Source of the DNA: Candidatus Babeliales bacterium
GTDB taxonomy: Bacteria; Babelota; Babeliae; Babelales; JANWKD01
Length of the DNA: 64,000 nucleotides
NCBI GenBank assembly: GCA_963701665.1
Contig: OY969622.1
Span: 505,159 to 569,158 of the forward strand
Direction: 5' to 3'
Under the pieces are notes generated by a model. The model was not told the origin of the DNA. It saw nothing but the letters and a program-made list of their open reading frames with translations, and ran no database searches. Below are positions 55,072-64,000 of this stretch, piece by piece. The first letter of the stretch is position 1. Each line of letters opens with the position of its first letter. The position numbers and the translations under genes are program-made.

Positions 55072-56646
55072 ATGAATGTATCATCATTAACACGTTCAAG
55101 TTTTATTGCGTGGGTAGCATTATTTATTGCAGGTTTCTTTTATTTATTTACTTTTGAAGGTTTTAAACCGCATTTACGTAAGGATCGTATAAAATTTGGT
55201 ATCGATTTAGTTGGTGGTACCTATATTACTTTGGGCGTACAAGTTGATAAAGCACTTGAAATCGATTTAAATGATCGCGTGCAAATTCTTAACAAAACGC
55301 TTATTAAAGAACATCTAGCAATTCCTTTATCTCATGCCATCGAAGGCAATAACGCAACCTTGAATTTTGAAACCTATGAACAAGCAAAAGTTGCTGAAGA
55401 GATTTTAAAACGTGATCAAGAATTAGTCCCTTCGATTAATGGCACAAAAGTTTTAGTACATTTCCGTGATGCATACGCTAAAAAAATTAAAGAAGCAGCT
55501 GTTGCGGGTAATATCGAAGTATTACGCACGCGTTTAGACGGTTTAGGAGTTGGTGAAATTCCTATTGCTGCACAAGGTGATAAAAGCATTATCGTCGAAC
55601 TTCCTAATGTTGATGATCCAGAAAAAGCAAAAGCAATGATCGGAAAACCCGCACTTTTGGAAATAAAACTGATTGAGCGTATCGGCAATAGCGCAGAAGA
55701 AATTTTGGATGCTTACGATGGTGAGTTGCCAGATGGTATGATTATTATTCCTGGCAAAGCGCGCACGTTAGAAGGGGCAAAACGATTTTATTTAGTTCCT
55801 GCGTTTACAGATTTGACCGGACGTTTACTCAAAAATGCTTATGCAGGTTTTGGCGGCTCAATGAATTCAGAACCGGTTGTTCATTTTGAATTTAATCCTG
55901 AAGGTGGCGAAAAATTCAATGAATTAACAAGAAAAAATTATGGCCGGCAGCTTGCGGTGATTATTGATGGAATCGTTATTTCTGATCCTCGCGTTAATGA
56001 GCCTATTGGCGCTCAAGGGATTATTCATGGTAACTTTACTCTCGAATCAGCGTCAGAATTGTCATCGTTGCTTAAATCTGGAGCTTTTGTGGCACCAGTA
56101 ACCTTTGAGGAAGAACGTCAAATTGGACCTTCTTTGGGGCAAGAATCTATTCGGCAGGGCCTAACGGCGTGCTTAGTAGGCCTTCTGTTGTTGGTCATTT
56201 TTAGTGTTCTCATGTATAAAATAGCGGGCCTTTTTGCGGTATTGGCACTCGTTTTCAATCTTCTTTTCATCCTGATTATTTTAGGCGCTTTACAGGCTAC
56301 ATTGACCTTACCAGGCATAGCGGGTATGGTGCTTACCATCGGTATGGCGATCGATGCTTCAATTTTAATTTATGAAAAAATGCGTGAAGAATTAAAAGCG
56401 GGTGTGACGCTCGGCAAAGCAATACAATCGAGTTTCTCAGATGCAATGGAAGTTATTTTAGATTCTAACATAACGACGTTCATTGTGGGTATCGTGTTAT
56501 ATAAATTTGGTGCGGGTCCTATTCAAGGATTTGCATTGACACTTATGATTGGTATTGTTGCGACACTGATTACGGGATTGTTCTTTTTGCGTTCCATTTT
56601 TTCCTTTTTTGTATATACTTTAGGTATGCAAAAGTTAAGAATTTAA
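55072..56646 (+). CDS. secD: Protein translocase subunit SecD
   Basis: N-terminal TM helix, large periplasmic domain (GIDL.GG), and a C-terminal 5-TM block with LTLPGIAG..LTIGMAIDA. Confidence 0.85.
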   Translation: MNVSSLTRSSFIAWVALFIAGFFYLFTFEGFKPHLRKDRIKFGIDLVGGTYITLGVQVDKALEIDLNDRVQILNKTLIKEHLAIPLSHAIEGNNATLNFETYEQAKVAEEILKRDQELVPSINGTKVLVHFRDAYAKKIKEAAVAGNIEVLRTRLDGLGVGEIPIAAQGDKSIIVELPNVDDPEKAKAMIGKPALLEIKLIERIGNSAEEILDAYDGELPDGMIIIPGKARTLEGAKRFYLVPAFTDLTGRLLKNAYAGFGGSMNSEPVVHFEFNPEGGEKFNELTRKNYGRQLAVIIDGIVISDPRVNEPIGAQGIIHGNFTLESASELSSLLKSGAFVAPVTFEEERQIGPSLGQESIRQGLTACLVGLLLLVIFSVLMYKIAGLFAVLALVFNLLFILIILGALQATLTLPGIAGMVLTIGMAIDASILIYEKMREELKAGVTLGKAIQSSFSDAMEVILDSNITTFIVGIVLYKFGAGPIQGFALTLMIGIVATLITGLFFLRSIFSFFVYTLGMQKLRI

Positions 56647-56657
56647 ATTACATTACA

Positions 56658-56734
56658 GGCGACGTAGCTCAGCTGGTTAGAGCGGCAGAATCATAATCTG
56701 TAGGTCCGGGGTTCGAGTCCCTGCGTCGCCACCA
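56658..56734 (+). tRNA. tRNA with CAT anticodon (probably elongator tRNA-Met)
   Basis: Acceptor ggcgacg/cgtcgcc, anticodon loop atCATaa, T-arm cgggg ttcgagt ccctg, encoded CCA. It lacks the initiator features (no 1-72 mismatch, no GGG/CCC anticodon stem). Confidence 0.85.
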
Positions 56735-56900
56735 ATCTACGCCTGCATGGGGAAAAACTTCGATGTTAAATTTGGCTACGATTGGCTCCGCCAGTTTCTT
56801 TAAGGAAATGATAGCGTAGATTGCCCGTCGAAGCTTGCCGAGCCGGAAGGCCCGGATAAGCGAAGACTGGGCTGGCTAACACCAGACTTCGCAGTCTTGA
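56735..56900. repeat. tRNA-abutting repeat R3
   Basis: Starts atctacgcctgcatggggaaaaacttcgatgtt... directly after CCA. The internal inverted copy gcgtagattg is at 56814-56823. Confidence 0.7.
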
Positions 56901-56913
56901 ATAGAAAAAATAT

Positions 56914-57477
56914 ATGAATATGGAAATTTTAAACATCCCTACATTATTAACGTTATTTCGCCTCCTCGTTTCACCATTGTGTTTACCATTTTTAATGGTA
57001 TACGGGTTGCCTTATAACAATATATATCTCACCCATGCAATTGCGGTGTTCTTTGCAATCTTGGGATTTACTGATTTTTTAGATGGATATCTGGCACGAA
57101 AATTTGAACAGGTCACTCTACTAGGAAAAGCGTTGGATCCTATTGCTGATAAGTTTCTTCTCTTTTCTGCACTCATCAGTCTTATCGTTTTACAAAAGCT
57201 ATACTTTTATTGGGCAATTATTTTAATTGGACGCGAATTTTTTATTATGGGATTGCGCATTGTTGCGCTTGAAAATAATCTCAATGTAGATGTTTCATGG
57301 TTAGGAAAATTCAAAACAATCGCACAACTTTTTTATATAACATTTGCTATTATTGATTCACCGTATACAACACCATGTTTGGCTATAGCAGTTATTTTAT
57401 CAGTTGTTTCAGCCTATTTTTATTATCGATCGTTTATGCAAGAATTTGCACAGAAAAAATTTCTTAGTGTTTTATAA
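56914..57477 (+). CDS. pgsA: CDP-diacylglycerol--glycerol-3-phosphate 3-phosphatidyltransferase
   Basis: CDP-alcohol phosphatidyltransferase motif DFLDGYLAR....LGKALDPIADK. Confidence 0.85.
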   Translation: MNMEILNIPTLLTLFRLLVSPLCLPFLMVYGLPYNNIYLTHAIAVFFAILGFTDFLDGYLARKFEQVTLLGKALDPIADKFLLFSALISLIVLQKLYFYWAIILIGREFFIMGLRIVALENNLNVDVSWLGKFKTIAQLFYITFAIIDSPYTTPCLAIAVILSVVSAYFYYRSFMQEFAQKKFLSVL

Positions 57478-57480
57478 AAG

Positions 57481-57520
57481 AAATAGGTTCCTATTTATTC
57501 AATAGGAACCTATTTCTTTT
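57481..57520. terminator. Bidirectional terminator between convergent genes
   Basis: 15-bp perfect stem aaataggttcctatt / aataggaacctattt. Confidence 0.75.
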
Positions 57521-57533
57521 GATATGTATTTTT

Positions 57534-58034
57534 TTATTTAAGTTCAGATTCTTTGCTGCTAAACATTTTTTCAAGAGTATTAGCTTTTGCACATAATTTT
57601 TGGTACATCATTGAGTTTGCAAGATAATCACATTGTTTCTTAAAACCAAAACTCCCTAATGCACTACCAATAACTCCTAATCCAATTAATGCAGGAGCCT
57701 GTGCTGTAGCAACGAGCGTTGCTGAGGCTGGTAAAATCCACCAGAAATTAGATCTTAGAGTACTGAATGAATCATTAACTAATTCTTCATTTACGGTATG
57801 TATCTCTTCAACTAATGAATTTCGTAAATCTTTTTTTTCTTGTGCGCTGAAAGAGAAGCGCTTAAACATACCTTCATGCATTCTATATCTCTTGTAGGCA
57901 GCATCAAGATTGCCACTACCTATTTGGTCTAAGATTTGATTTTTTACAGCACTGTAAGGGCGTATACGCTTCATACCGTATACTGATTGGCTTCCTAGTA
58001 TTAAAACAAGAAAAGCCATAAATAGTTGCTTCAT
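57534..58034 (-). CDS. Hypothetical secreted/membrane protein
   Basis: MKQLFMAFLVLILGSQSVYG signal peptide after a gaagga SD (alternative start at 58049). Gly/Ala-rich hydrophobic segment. Confidence 0.5.
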   Translation of the reverse strand: MKQLFMAFLVLILGSQSVYGMKRIRPYSAVKNQILDQIGSGNLDAAYKRYRMHEGMFKRFSFSAQEKKDLRNSLVEEIHTVNEELVNDSFSTLRSNFWWILPASATLVATAQAPALIGLGVIGSALGSFGFKKQCDYLANSMMYQKLCAKANTLEKMFSSKESELK

Positions 58035-58231
58035 GTAGTTTTCCTTCATTTAAAAAGTCCCTAAAATAACATACCATTAAGCAATGGGTCTATATCTGTA
58101 ATTATAAATAAAGTAAAAAATAAGTCAACAATAGTTACAACCTGCAATTATCGCCTTAGAATTTACCCTCATTTGACCTTAAAAACAGGGTAGAGGGTGG
58201 TAAATAGTGGGGAAATCGAGCTTTTCTGGGG

Positions 58232-58810
58232 CTAGGTATTGATGATATGGCCTCGGCGTGGGCTTCTTAGGTACGCCCTAAGATTAACGGCATTTTGTTT
58301 GTCTATGCCACAATAAAAGGCGGCCGAATAGAGGTCATCGGAAAGCCAGAAAATACCTAATAAAGGATGCCTTCTTTTCTTTGTGCTGACATATACGGCT
58401 ATTTCACGGATATCATGTAACACGAGGCCATGTTTTTGGCAAAGTGCCTGTAATTTCTTAGCCAGTTCTTCTTTATCATAAGGATATTGTCTGCCGATCA
58501 TTCCCATACGGCCGAAACTATGTTCAAGCTGAAGATATTCAGTTCCTGCTGGCGTTACAATCTTAATGTGATCAAGCCGGTTTCTTTGTTCTTTTAATTC
58601 CTGTGCCTTCTTTTGTTTTTCAGGTTTTTTGCTGTTTTCAAGTCTCTCAATAGTTTTGACTTTTTGCTCTTCAACAGCTTTTCTGAGATTCTCAAGGAAG
58701 ATGGATTCTTTAGAAGGAGGTGCCTTTTTGAGGGATTTTATACCGTGAAGGGGCAAACTGATGCCAATGAGTACCGAAATTGTGAAAAGCTTATGATTTT
58801 TAAATTTCAT
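58232..58810 (-). CDS. Hypothetical secreted protein
   Basis: MKFKNHKLFTISVLIGISLPLHG signal peptide. The upstream extension to 58855 is unlikely. Confidence 0.5.
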   Translation of the reverse strand: MKFKNHKLFTISVLIGISLPLHGIKSLKKAPPSKESIFLENLRKAVEEQKVKTIERLENSKKPEKQKKAQELKEQRNRLDHIKIVTPAGTEYLQLEHSFGRMGMIGRQYPYDKEELAKKLQALCQKHGLVLHDIREIAVYVSTKKRRHPLLGIFWLSDDLYSAAFYCGIDKQNAVNLRAYLRSPRRGHIINT

Positions 58811-59022
58811 GTCAACCCTGTTAATAAACGAATAATTGTTAATAATATAGCACATAATACCAAAAAATATAATATGTCTTCGGGAAGATTTTCCTAATAG
58901 AAATTACGATGAGGCTAAACAGTTTGTTGCAAATACTGAGGCTGTTTAAGTTGAGAAAAATTAATAATATTATATACTATTAACAAATCATTTAAAAAAT
59001 AAAATTTTGTTAAAGGTATTAT

Positions 59023-59781
59023 ATGAATATCAAAAATTCTACTATGAAGTATCTGCTTTTGGGGTATTTAGTTTTTATCAATTCTCATATTTCTCTCTGC
59101 AAAAAAACGATAACTGATTATAATTCTGCAAATGTTTTGATGACTAATTTGGATAGAAGATTACAAAGGGCTGCCCGTGAAGGTAAACTCAAAAAAGTAG
59201 AAACCCTTATAAATCGCGGTGCCAATGTTAACTCACAAGATGGTGTAAATTTTTCTCCCTTACATTTAGCAGTGATGTATGATAAAAAAGAAGTTGTTGA
59301 ACTATTATTGAAACATAATGCACAAGTGAATATAAAAAATGATTATGATGAAACTCCTGTGATATTTGCTGCTGAGAATGGTAATAGGTATATTATTGAT
59401 TTATTACTTCGATATGGTGCAGATGTAACCATACAAAGCACAAGGGGTGAAACTGTATTGCATAAAGCAAGCAAGCATGGCAATGTTGAAAATTTAAAAT
59501 TGTTGTTTGAAAAAGGTGCAGGCAAATATATTAATAAATGTTCTACATCACATTTATCCCCGCTCCATCATGCTGCTATAGAAGGTAATGAAGAAGCAAT
59601 ATTAGCATTATTGAATGAAGGTGCAGATCCTTCAAATGAATGTAATAATGATTTTATAGCCGCATCTCCTGTAGAAATAGCATTAGTGCACAAAAAATTT
59701 AATGCCGCGCGATTGTTGAAACAACATTTAAAAAATCGTGAGGTTAAGGATATTTTCAATATAAGAATAAACATAAAGTAG
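59023..59781 (+). CDS. Ankyrin repeat protein with signal peptide
   Basis: At least 5 ANK units (SPLHLAVMYDKKEVVELLLKHNAQVN, TPVIFAAENGNRYIIDLLLRYGADV, and others). Confidence 0.8.
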   Translation: MNIKNSTMKYLLLGYLVFINSHISLCKKTITDYNSANVLMTNLDRRLQRAAREGKLKKVETLINRGANVNSQDGVNFSPLHLAVMYDKKEVVELLLKHNAQVNIKNDYDETPVIFAAENGNRYIIDLLLRYGADVTIQSTRGETVLHKASKHGNVENLKLLFEKGAGKYINKCSTSHLSPLHHAAIEGNEEAILALLNEGADPSNECNNDFIAASPVEIALVHKKFNAARLLKQHLKNREVKDIFNIRINIK

Positions 59782-59789
59782 CTAAATTA

Positions 59790-60365
59790 ATGTTATTATT
59801 TGCTTTATGTGCCTATCTCATTGGCGCTATTCCGACCGGCTTCATCATTGCACGCGTTTGGGGAATAGACGACATAACGCAGCATGGTTCGGGTAACATC
59901 GGTGCAACCAATGTTGCACGCGTTTTGGGCAAAAAATTTTTCTTACTCGTTTTTTTCATCGATGCTGCAAAAGCATATTGTTATCTTTGGTTACTTACCT
60001 CTCTTACGCCGTTAATTTACCTACACTACATTTGTGCTGCACTCCTTTTAATGGGCAACAGTTTTTCGATTTTTTTGCAAGGAAAAGGTGGCAAAGGCGT
60101 GGCTACTGCTGTTGGGATTCTGGCATTTTTTGATCCGATACTCCTCGGTTTACTTTTTATCCTATGGCTTGGTGGTTTTGCGCTTACAAGAACGGTTGGC
60201 CTAGCATCGGTGCTTGCATACGGCGCGTTTCCGTTTCTTGTATTATTATTGAGAATGCATGATACACTATTTCTGCTGCTCAGTATTTTCATTTCATGGT
60301 GGGGAATATGGCGTCATGCCAAAAATATTAAACAGTTTGTCGCGACTTTACAGACAAAAGTATAA
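59790..60365 (+). CDS. plsY: Glycerol-3-phosphate acyltransferase PlsY
   Basis: YLIGAIPTGFIIAR...HGSGNIGATNV is the PlsY signature. Confidence 0.9.
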   Translation: MLLFALCAYLIGAIPTGFIIARVWGIDDITQHGSGNIGATNVARVLGKKFFLLVFFIDAAKAYCYLWLLTSLTPLIYLHYICAALLLMGNSFSIFLQGKGGKGVATAVGILAFFDPILLGLLFILWLGGFALTRTVGLASVLAYGAFPFLVLLLRMHDTLFLLLSIFISWWGIWRHAKNIKQFVATLQTKV

Positions 60366-60474
60366 GTTGTTCCTTACATGGATTCTAATGGGAGGTCTTT
60401 TTTTGCACAGTTCAATAACTCATGATATGGTTACACCAAATAACCAACCTTTTGAAAGTAGTAATGAGGAATCA

Positions 60475-62217
60475 ATGAATTTCAACGTGGTGGCGAACGT
60501 TTTTAATGCTATCAATGCTGTCAGCGCTCGTTTACAAATTACCGAACTCCTTGCCGCGCTTTTAAAAAAAGCATCGCCAGCCGAAGCACGCGTTATTTGT
60601 AACCTTTCACTCGGCATGTTGCGAGCGCCATACGAGGGAACACAATTTAACATCGCTGAAAAAAGCATGATAAAAATTATTGCAACATTGACGAATCATT
60701 CTGTTGAAGATGTGCAAAAAGAATTCAAAAAAGTTGGTGACTTGGGTCTTGTTGTTGCAGATTTTTATAAAAATCGTACTGAATCAACCATGAGTGTTAC
60801 GAAAGTATTCAAGAAACTTGAAGAAATAGAAGCAATCAGTGGTATTGGTTCTCAAGAAGAACGTCAGCATATGATTGTTGAACTTTTGCAAGAATTGGAT
60901 CCTGTTTGCGCGCACTACGTTGTTGCAATCATTGTTGGCACCCTCAGACTTGGTTTTTCTGATATGACCATCATTGATGCATTGTCATGGATGGTGACGG
61001 GTGATAAAACGCTGAGAGTTTTCTTAGAAGCTGCTTATAACCGTTGTGCCGATATTGGTTTGATCGCGCAAGTATTGAAAGAAGGTGGGTTAGATGCGAT
61101 CAAGAAAATGCACACGCACGTTGGCATTCCAATCAGACTTGCTGCTGCCGAGCGTTTACCGGATGCCAAAGAAATTTTTGCAAAAATTGGTCCGTGTGTT
61201 GCGCAACCGAAACTTGATGGGTTCCGTTTGCAAGTGCATGTTGATAAAACCCAGAAAAAACCGCTCATTAAATTTTTCTCGCGCAATTTAATTGATATGT
61301 CCGCTATGTTTCCCGAATTAGTGCACGCTTTTGAGAATCTCAACGTCACCACCTTAATTGTCGAAGGCGAAGCGATTGCCTATGAACCGGAAACAGGACA
61401 TTTTGTGCCATTTCAAGAGACCGTGAAACGTAAGCGTAAACATGGTATTGAACAAGCTGCTCAAGACTACCCACTTAGACTTTTTCTTTTTGATATTTTG
61501 TATCTCAATGGAGAAGAACTTATTAATGAGCCGCACGCTATTCGTCGCAACAAATTAGAAGCACTGCTTGAAAAAAATGCTGATCCTGCGCTCAAGCTTA
61601 TTCCTGAAATTTCTATTGCATCAGCAAAAGAATTAGAAAATTATTTTTATCAAAACGTTTCTGCCGGTCTTGAAGGCATCATGGTTAAAAAGGATGATGC
61701 AGAATATCAAGCAGGTAAAAGAAATTTCAATTGGATAAAACTCAAACGCATTGCACAAAGTCATTTAGAAGATACGATTGATACCGTTATTCTTGGCTAC
61801 TACGCGGGAGAAGGCAAACGCGTGCATTTTGGCATTGGCGCATTTCTTGTAGGGGTATATAACAAAACGAGTGACTCGTATCAAACCGTGGCAAAAATTG
61901 GCACTGGATTAAAAGATGACGAGTGGAAAGAGTTGCGCGCAAAGTGTGATGCGCTTCAGGTTGCCAAAAAACCGATCAATGTCGAGTGCGCAAAAGAGCT
62001 GTATCCAGACGTGTGGGTCTATCCTAAACTTGTGTGCGTTGTGCGCGCGGATGAAATTAGTTTGTCACCACTGCACACGGCAGGAAAAACAGGCGATGCA
62101 CTCGGATTTGCATTGCGATTCCCTCGTTTCATTGGTTATAGAACTGATAAAAATCCGGATCAAACAACCTCGCCGCATGAATTAGCAGAGCTCTATCGCG
62201 ATCAAACTAAAAAATAA
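60475..62217 (+). CDS. ATP-dependent DNA ligase (Lig1/archaeal-like, with N-terminal DNA-binding domain)
   Basis: Motif I KLDGFR, III EGEAIA, IV FLFDILY, V GIMVKK..YQAGKR and WIKLKR. ATG 60475 follows gagga. The track's start at 60259 overlaps plsY and is rejected. Confidence 0.85.
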   Translation: MNFNVVANVFNAINAVSARLQITELLAALLKKASPAEARVICNLSLGMLRAPYEGTQFNIAEKSMIKIIATLTNHSVEDVQKEFKKVGDLGLVVADFYKNRTESTMSVTKVFKKLEEIEAISGIGSQEERQHMIVELLQELDPVCAHYVVAIIVGTLRLGFSDMTIIDALSWMVTGDKTLRVFLEAAYNRCADIGLIAQVLKEGGLDAIKKMHTHVGIPIRLAAAERLPDAKEIFAKIGPCVAQPKLDGFRLQVHVDKTQKKPLIKFFSRNLIDMSAMFPELVHAFENLNVTTLIVEGEAIAYEPETGHFVPFQETVKRKRKHGIEQAAQDYPLRLFLFDILYLNGEELINEPHAIRRNKLEALLEKNADPALKLIPEISIASAKELENYFYQNVSAGLEGIMVKKDDAEYQAGKRNFNWIKLKRIAQSHLEDTIDTVILGYYAGEGKRVHFGIGAFLVGVYNKTSDSYQTVAKIGTGLKDDEWKELRAKCDALQVAKKPINVECAKELYPDVWVYPKLVCVVRADEISLSPLHTAGKTGDALGFALRFPRFIGYRTDKNPDQTTSPHELAELYRDQTKK

Positions 62218-62297
62218 CGTACACAAATCTTGTATTACACAAACTTTTTTACCTAAAGTAAGTTCAAACTATTACTTCTATTGTCAGGAGAGTTTCA

Positions 62298-64000
62298 GTG
62301 AAAAGTGTAATCCAAAATATATATTTAGTTTTAAGTTTATTCGTAACATCTTCCATAATGGCAGCTGATTGTGCGGTCAAGTTTCGTGATTGTGCCGGTA
62401 AAACATGTGTTGAGGGTCAAAATGGCGGTGATTTAACCGATTCATATCAAACGGCGCTAACCTTGCTTACCTGTATGCAACAAGAGATTGCAAATCTTCC
62501 TCAAAAAAATCAAACAGATTTGCTTAATCAGGTTAGAACAGCACAAGCAGCGGTTAAGAAGGCATATGACGCAAATAAAAAGATTGTCGATTCATATCAA
62601 AACGGCTCATATTCTGATGTGACCAAAAAACGTATGATCAATATTTATGTGCTCAGTGGCAAACAGGCTATCGAAAATCCTGTGCAGAAATTGCGGCAAG
62701 CGCTCGATGCAGTTGAGGCTGCGATCGGTTATAATAAACAATCAGAAGAATCAAAAAAAGAACGCGTGAAGCAAGCGCAAGCTGCTGCAGCATACTATGC
62801 ATCGCTGATGAAATTGTTCAGAGCATTAAAACCGGTGATTGCATTATTCAATAGCGCAGCTGACAAAAATTATAGCATTCTTGTAGATCTTTCAAAAGCA
62901 AAGACCGTCGATGCATCATTAATGAAACGTGTTGAAAGCGTGACAACCGATTGGCAAAATATTATTGCTCAATTTAATACTATTTATACGCAAAATAACC
63001 AGCCGGTAACAAGTGATGACTCAACTAATTACGTTGTATTAAGTATCAGATCACTTATCTATTTTTATTGTAATTTTATTGAAGCACAATTGAATAAAAT
63101 TAATCGCATTAAGAAAGAAGAGTCTTATCCTTTGCTGGCCAACCTCGCGCAGCAAATTGTAGGTACTGGCAATGGAACCAACGTACAAGGATTAGGCTAT
63201 ACTGGCATCATTACGAATATAATTAATACGTACTTTAAAGAGAATCAGGCCTATCTACAAAAAGTATATGGGCAGGGGATTGTTAATCTTACGTATAATC
63301 GTTACAAATCTCTTTTATTATCATTCGCTGGTACAAAGAATATATCTGATCAAATGCTTTCGTATGCGCAGCAATGGTATGCACTTTTGATGAGTTCAAT
63401 CAAATCATTTGCTTCCAATCAACAACCGGCTGAAATCAAAGAGGTGGCGACGGGGTTAGCATTGATCTATGTTATCAGTGCCCAGCAACAACTCAAAAGC
63501 ATGGTCATTGGTAAAGACACGACATCTTTCCAACAAAAAGCGATTGATTATTATACCAAAGCAGCTGATTGTTATAAGCAAGCGGGCGATGCGGTGAATC
63601 AAGCAAGTTGTGCAGCTATGGCTTCAAATTTGACGCAAGCACAATCACTGATTTCACAAGCAAAAAGTGCTTTACAGAAAAATGATTTAGAATCAGCAAC
63701 ATCGCTGTACTTACAAGCGCAAATGGCTTTTCAGAATGGTGGTGATGCTGTTGATGCAGCAGCCACCGGCATTGCACTTGCAGATGTGCAATCGAAATAT
63801 ATATTGTCACAAGCAAATAATATAAGTAGCTCATTGAAAAAGAAAGCCGATGATTTTACGGCAGCAATTATGTATTGCAGTTCTCCAACAATCTCGCAAG
63901 ATCAACGCGATGCTTTTATGACGGTGCTTTCAAGCATTAATGATTCGTATAAATCCTTATTTCAACTTTATGTTTCTGGGATTAACGTCTACCAAACAGT
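62298..64000 (+). CDS. Large hypothetical secreted protein, 3'-partial (runs off the window), not in the ORF track
   Basis: GTG 62298 follows aggagag. I found an open frame through 64000 (at least 567 codons). The N-terminus VKSVIQNIYLVLSLFVTSSIMAA is signal-like, and the composition is Ala/Gln-rich and helical. Confidence 0.6.
   Translation, partial: MKSVIQNIYLVLSLFVTSSIMAADCAVKFRDCAGKTCVEGQNGGDLTDSYQTALTLLTCMQQEIANLPQKNQTDLLNQVRTAQAAVKKAYDANKKIVDSYQNGSYSDVTKKRMINIYVLSGKQAIENPVQKLRQALDAVEAAIGYNKQSEESKKERVKQAQAAAAYYASLMKLFRALKPVIALFNSAADKNYSILVDLSKAKTVDASLMKRVESVTTDWQNIIAQFNTIYTQNNQPVTSDDSTNYVVLSIRSLIYFYCNFIEAQLNKINRIKKEESYPLLANLAQQIVGTGNGTNVQGLGYTGIITNIINTYFKENQAYLQKVYGQGIVNLTYNRYKSLLLSFAGTKNISDQMLSYAQQWYALLMSSIKSFASNQQPAEIKEVATGLALIYVISAQQQLKSMVIGKDTTSFQQKAIDYYTKAADCYKQAGDAVNQASCAAMASNLTQAQSLISQAKSALQKNDLESATSLYLQAQMAFQNGGDAVDAAATGIALADVQSKYILSQANNISSSLKKKADDFTAAIMYCSSPTISQDQRDAFMTVLSSINDSYKSLFQLYVSGINVYQT

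Noticed and set aside
54716-56900. A genomic island or prophage integrated at tRNA-Leu or tRNA-Met.
   Set aside because: No integrase, phage genes or direct repeat of the tRNA 3' end bounds a block. secD and pgsA flank the tRNAs. Only the short trailer repeats are present.
60259-60474. N-terminal extensions proposed by the ORF track for the DNA ligase (60259), gap (39254), DUF1796-like gene (2701), ppsA (20443), IS110 copy 2 transposase (29784) and others.
   Set aside because: The extensions overlap upstream genes or repeats and lack homology to family N-termini. Internal ATGs with SD-like sequences align with the expected protein starts.

Overview
This is an AT-rich, gene-dense bacterial chromosomal segment. 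It mixes housekeeping genes with many lineage-specific proteins that carry N-terminal signal peptides. The housekeeping genes are rpmE-prfA, brnQ, tag, ppsA, galU, pheS, dnaE, a PMM/PGM-nfo pair, gap, rnhA, a SpoIID-like gene, tatD, hup, serS, secD, pgsA, plsY and an ATP-dependent DNA ligase, plus 4 tRNAs. The lineage-specific set includes ankyrin, LRR, J-domain and NADAR-domain proteins. This content suggests a host-associated, amoeba-symbiont-like lineage such as Dependentiae/TM6, but that is inference only. The most notable content is two diverged IS110-family insertion sequences (23627-24825 and 29600-30781). Each has a ~220-bp non-coding left end that folds into a conserved two-loop RNA. 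One loop reproduces the DNA flanking that particular copy. The other reproduces the element's own ends. All four segments are centred on a CT core found at both junctions. The flank-matching loop differs between the copies in step with their different insertion sites, while the stems and the end-matching loop are conserved. This is the signature of a bridge-RNA-type, RNA-guided DEDD/Ser recombinase. Joining the element ends would also create a TTGACT-17-TATGTT promoter. Copy 1 sits inside a member of an abundant gtcat...atgac palindromic MITE-like repeat family, and copy 2 appears to sit in a decayed one. At least 7 members lie in the window, several abutting stop codons. A second repeat family starts exactly at the CCA end of three of the four tRNAs. 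Other points are a tandem triplet of small secreted paralogs, a secreted NADAR protein that shares an N-terminal module with a secreted ankyrin+J-domain protein, a GC-rich structured island upstream of brnQ, a perfect palindrome plus a G9 tract upstream of a TetR-CPBP operon, and two genes absent from the ORF track (a 51-aa lipoprotein and a large ORF running off the window end). No CRISPR array, rRNA or prophage was seen.
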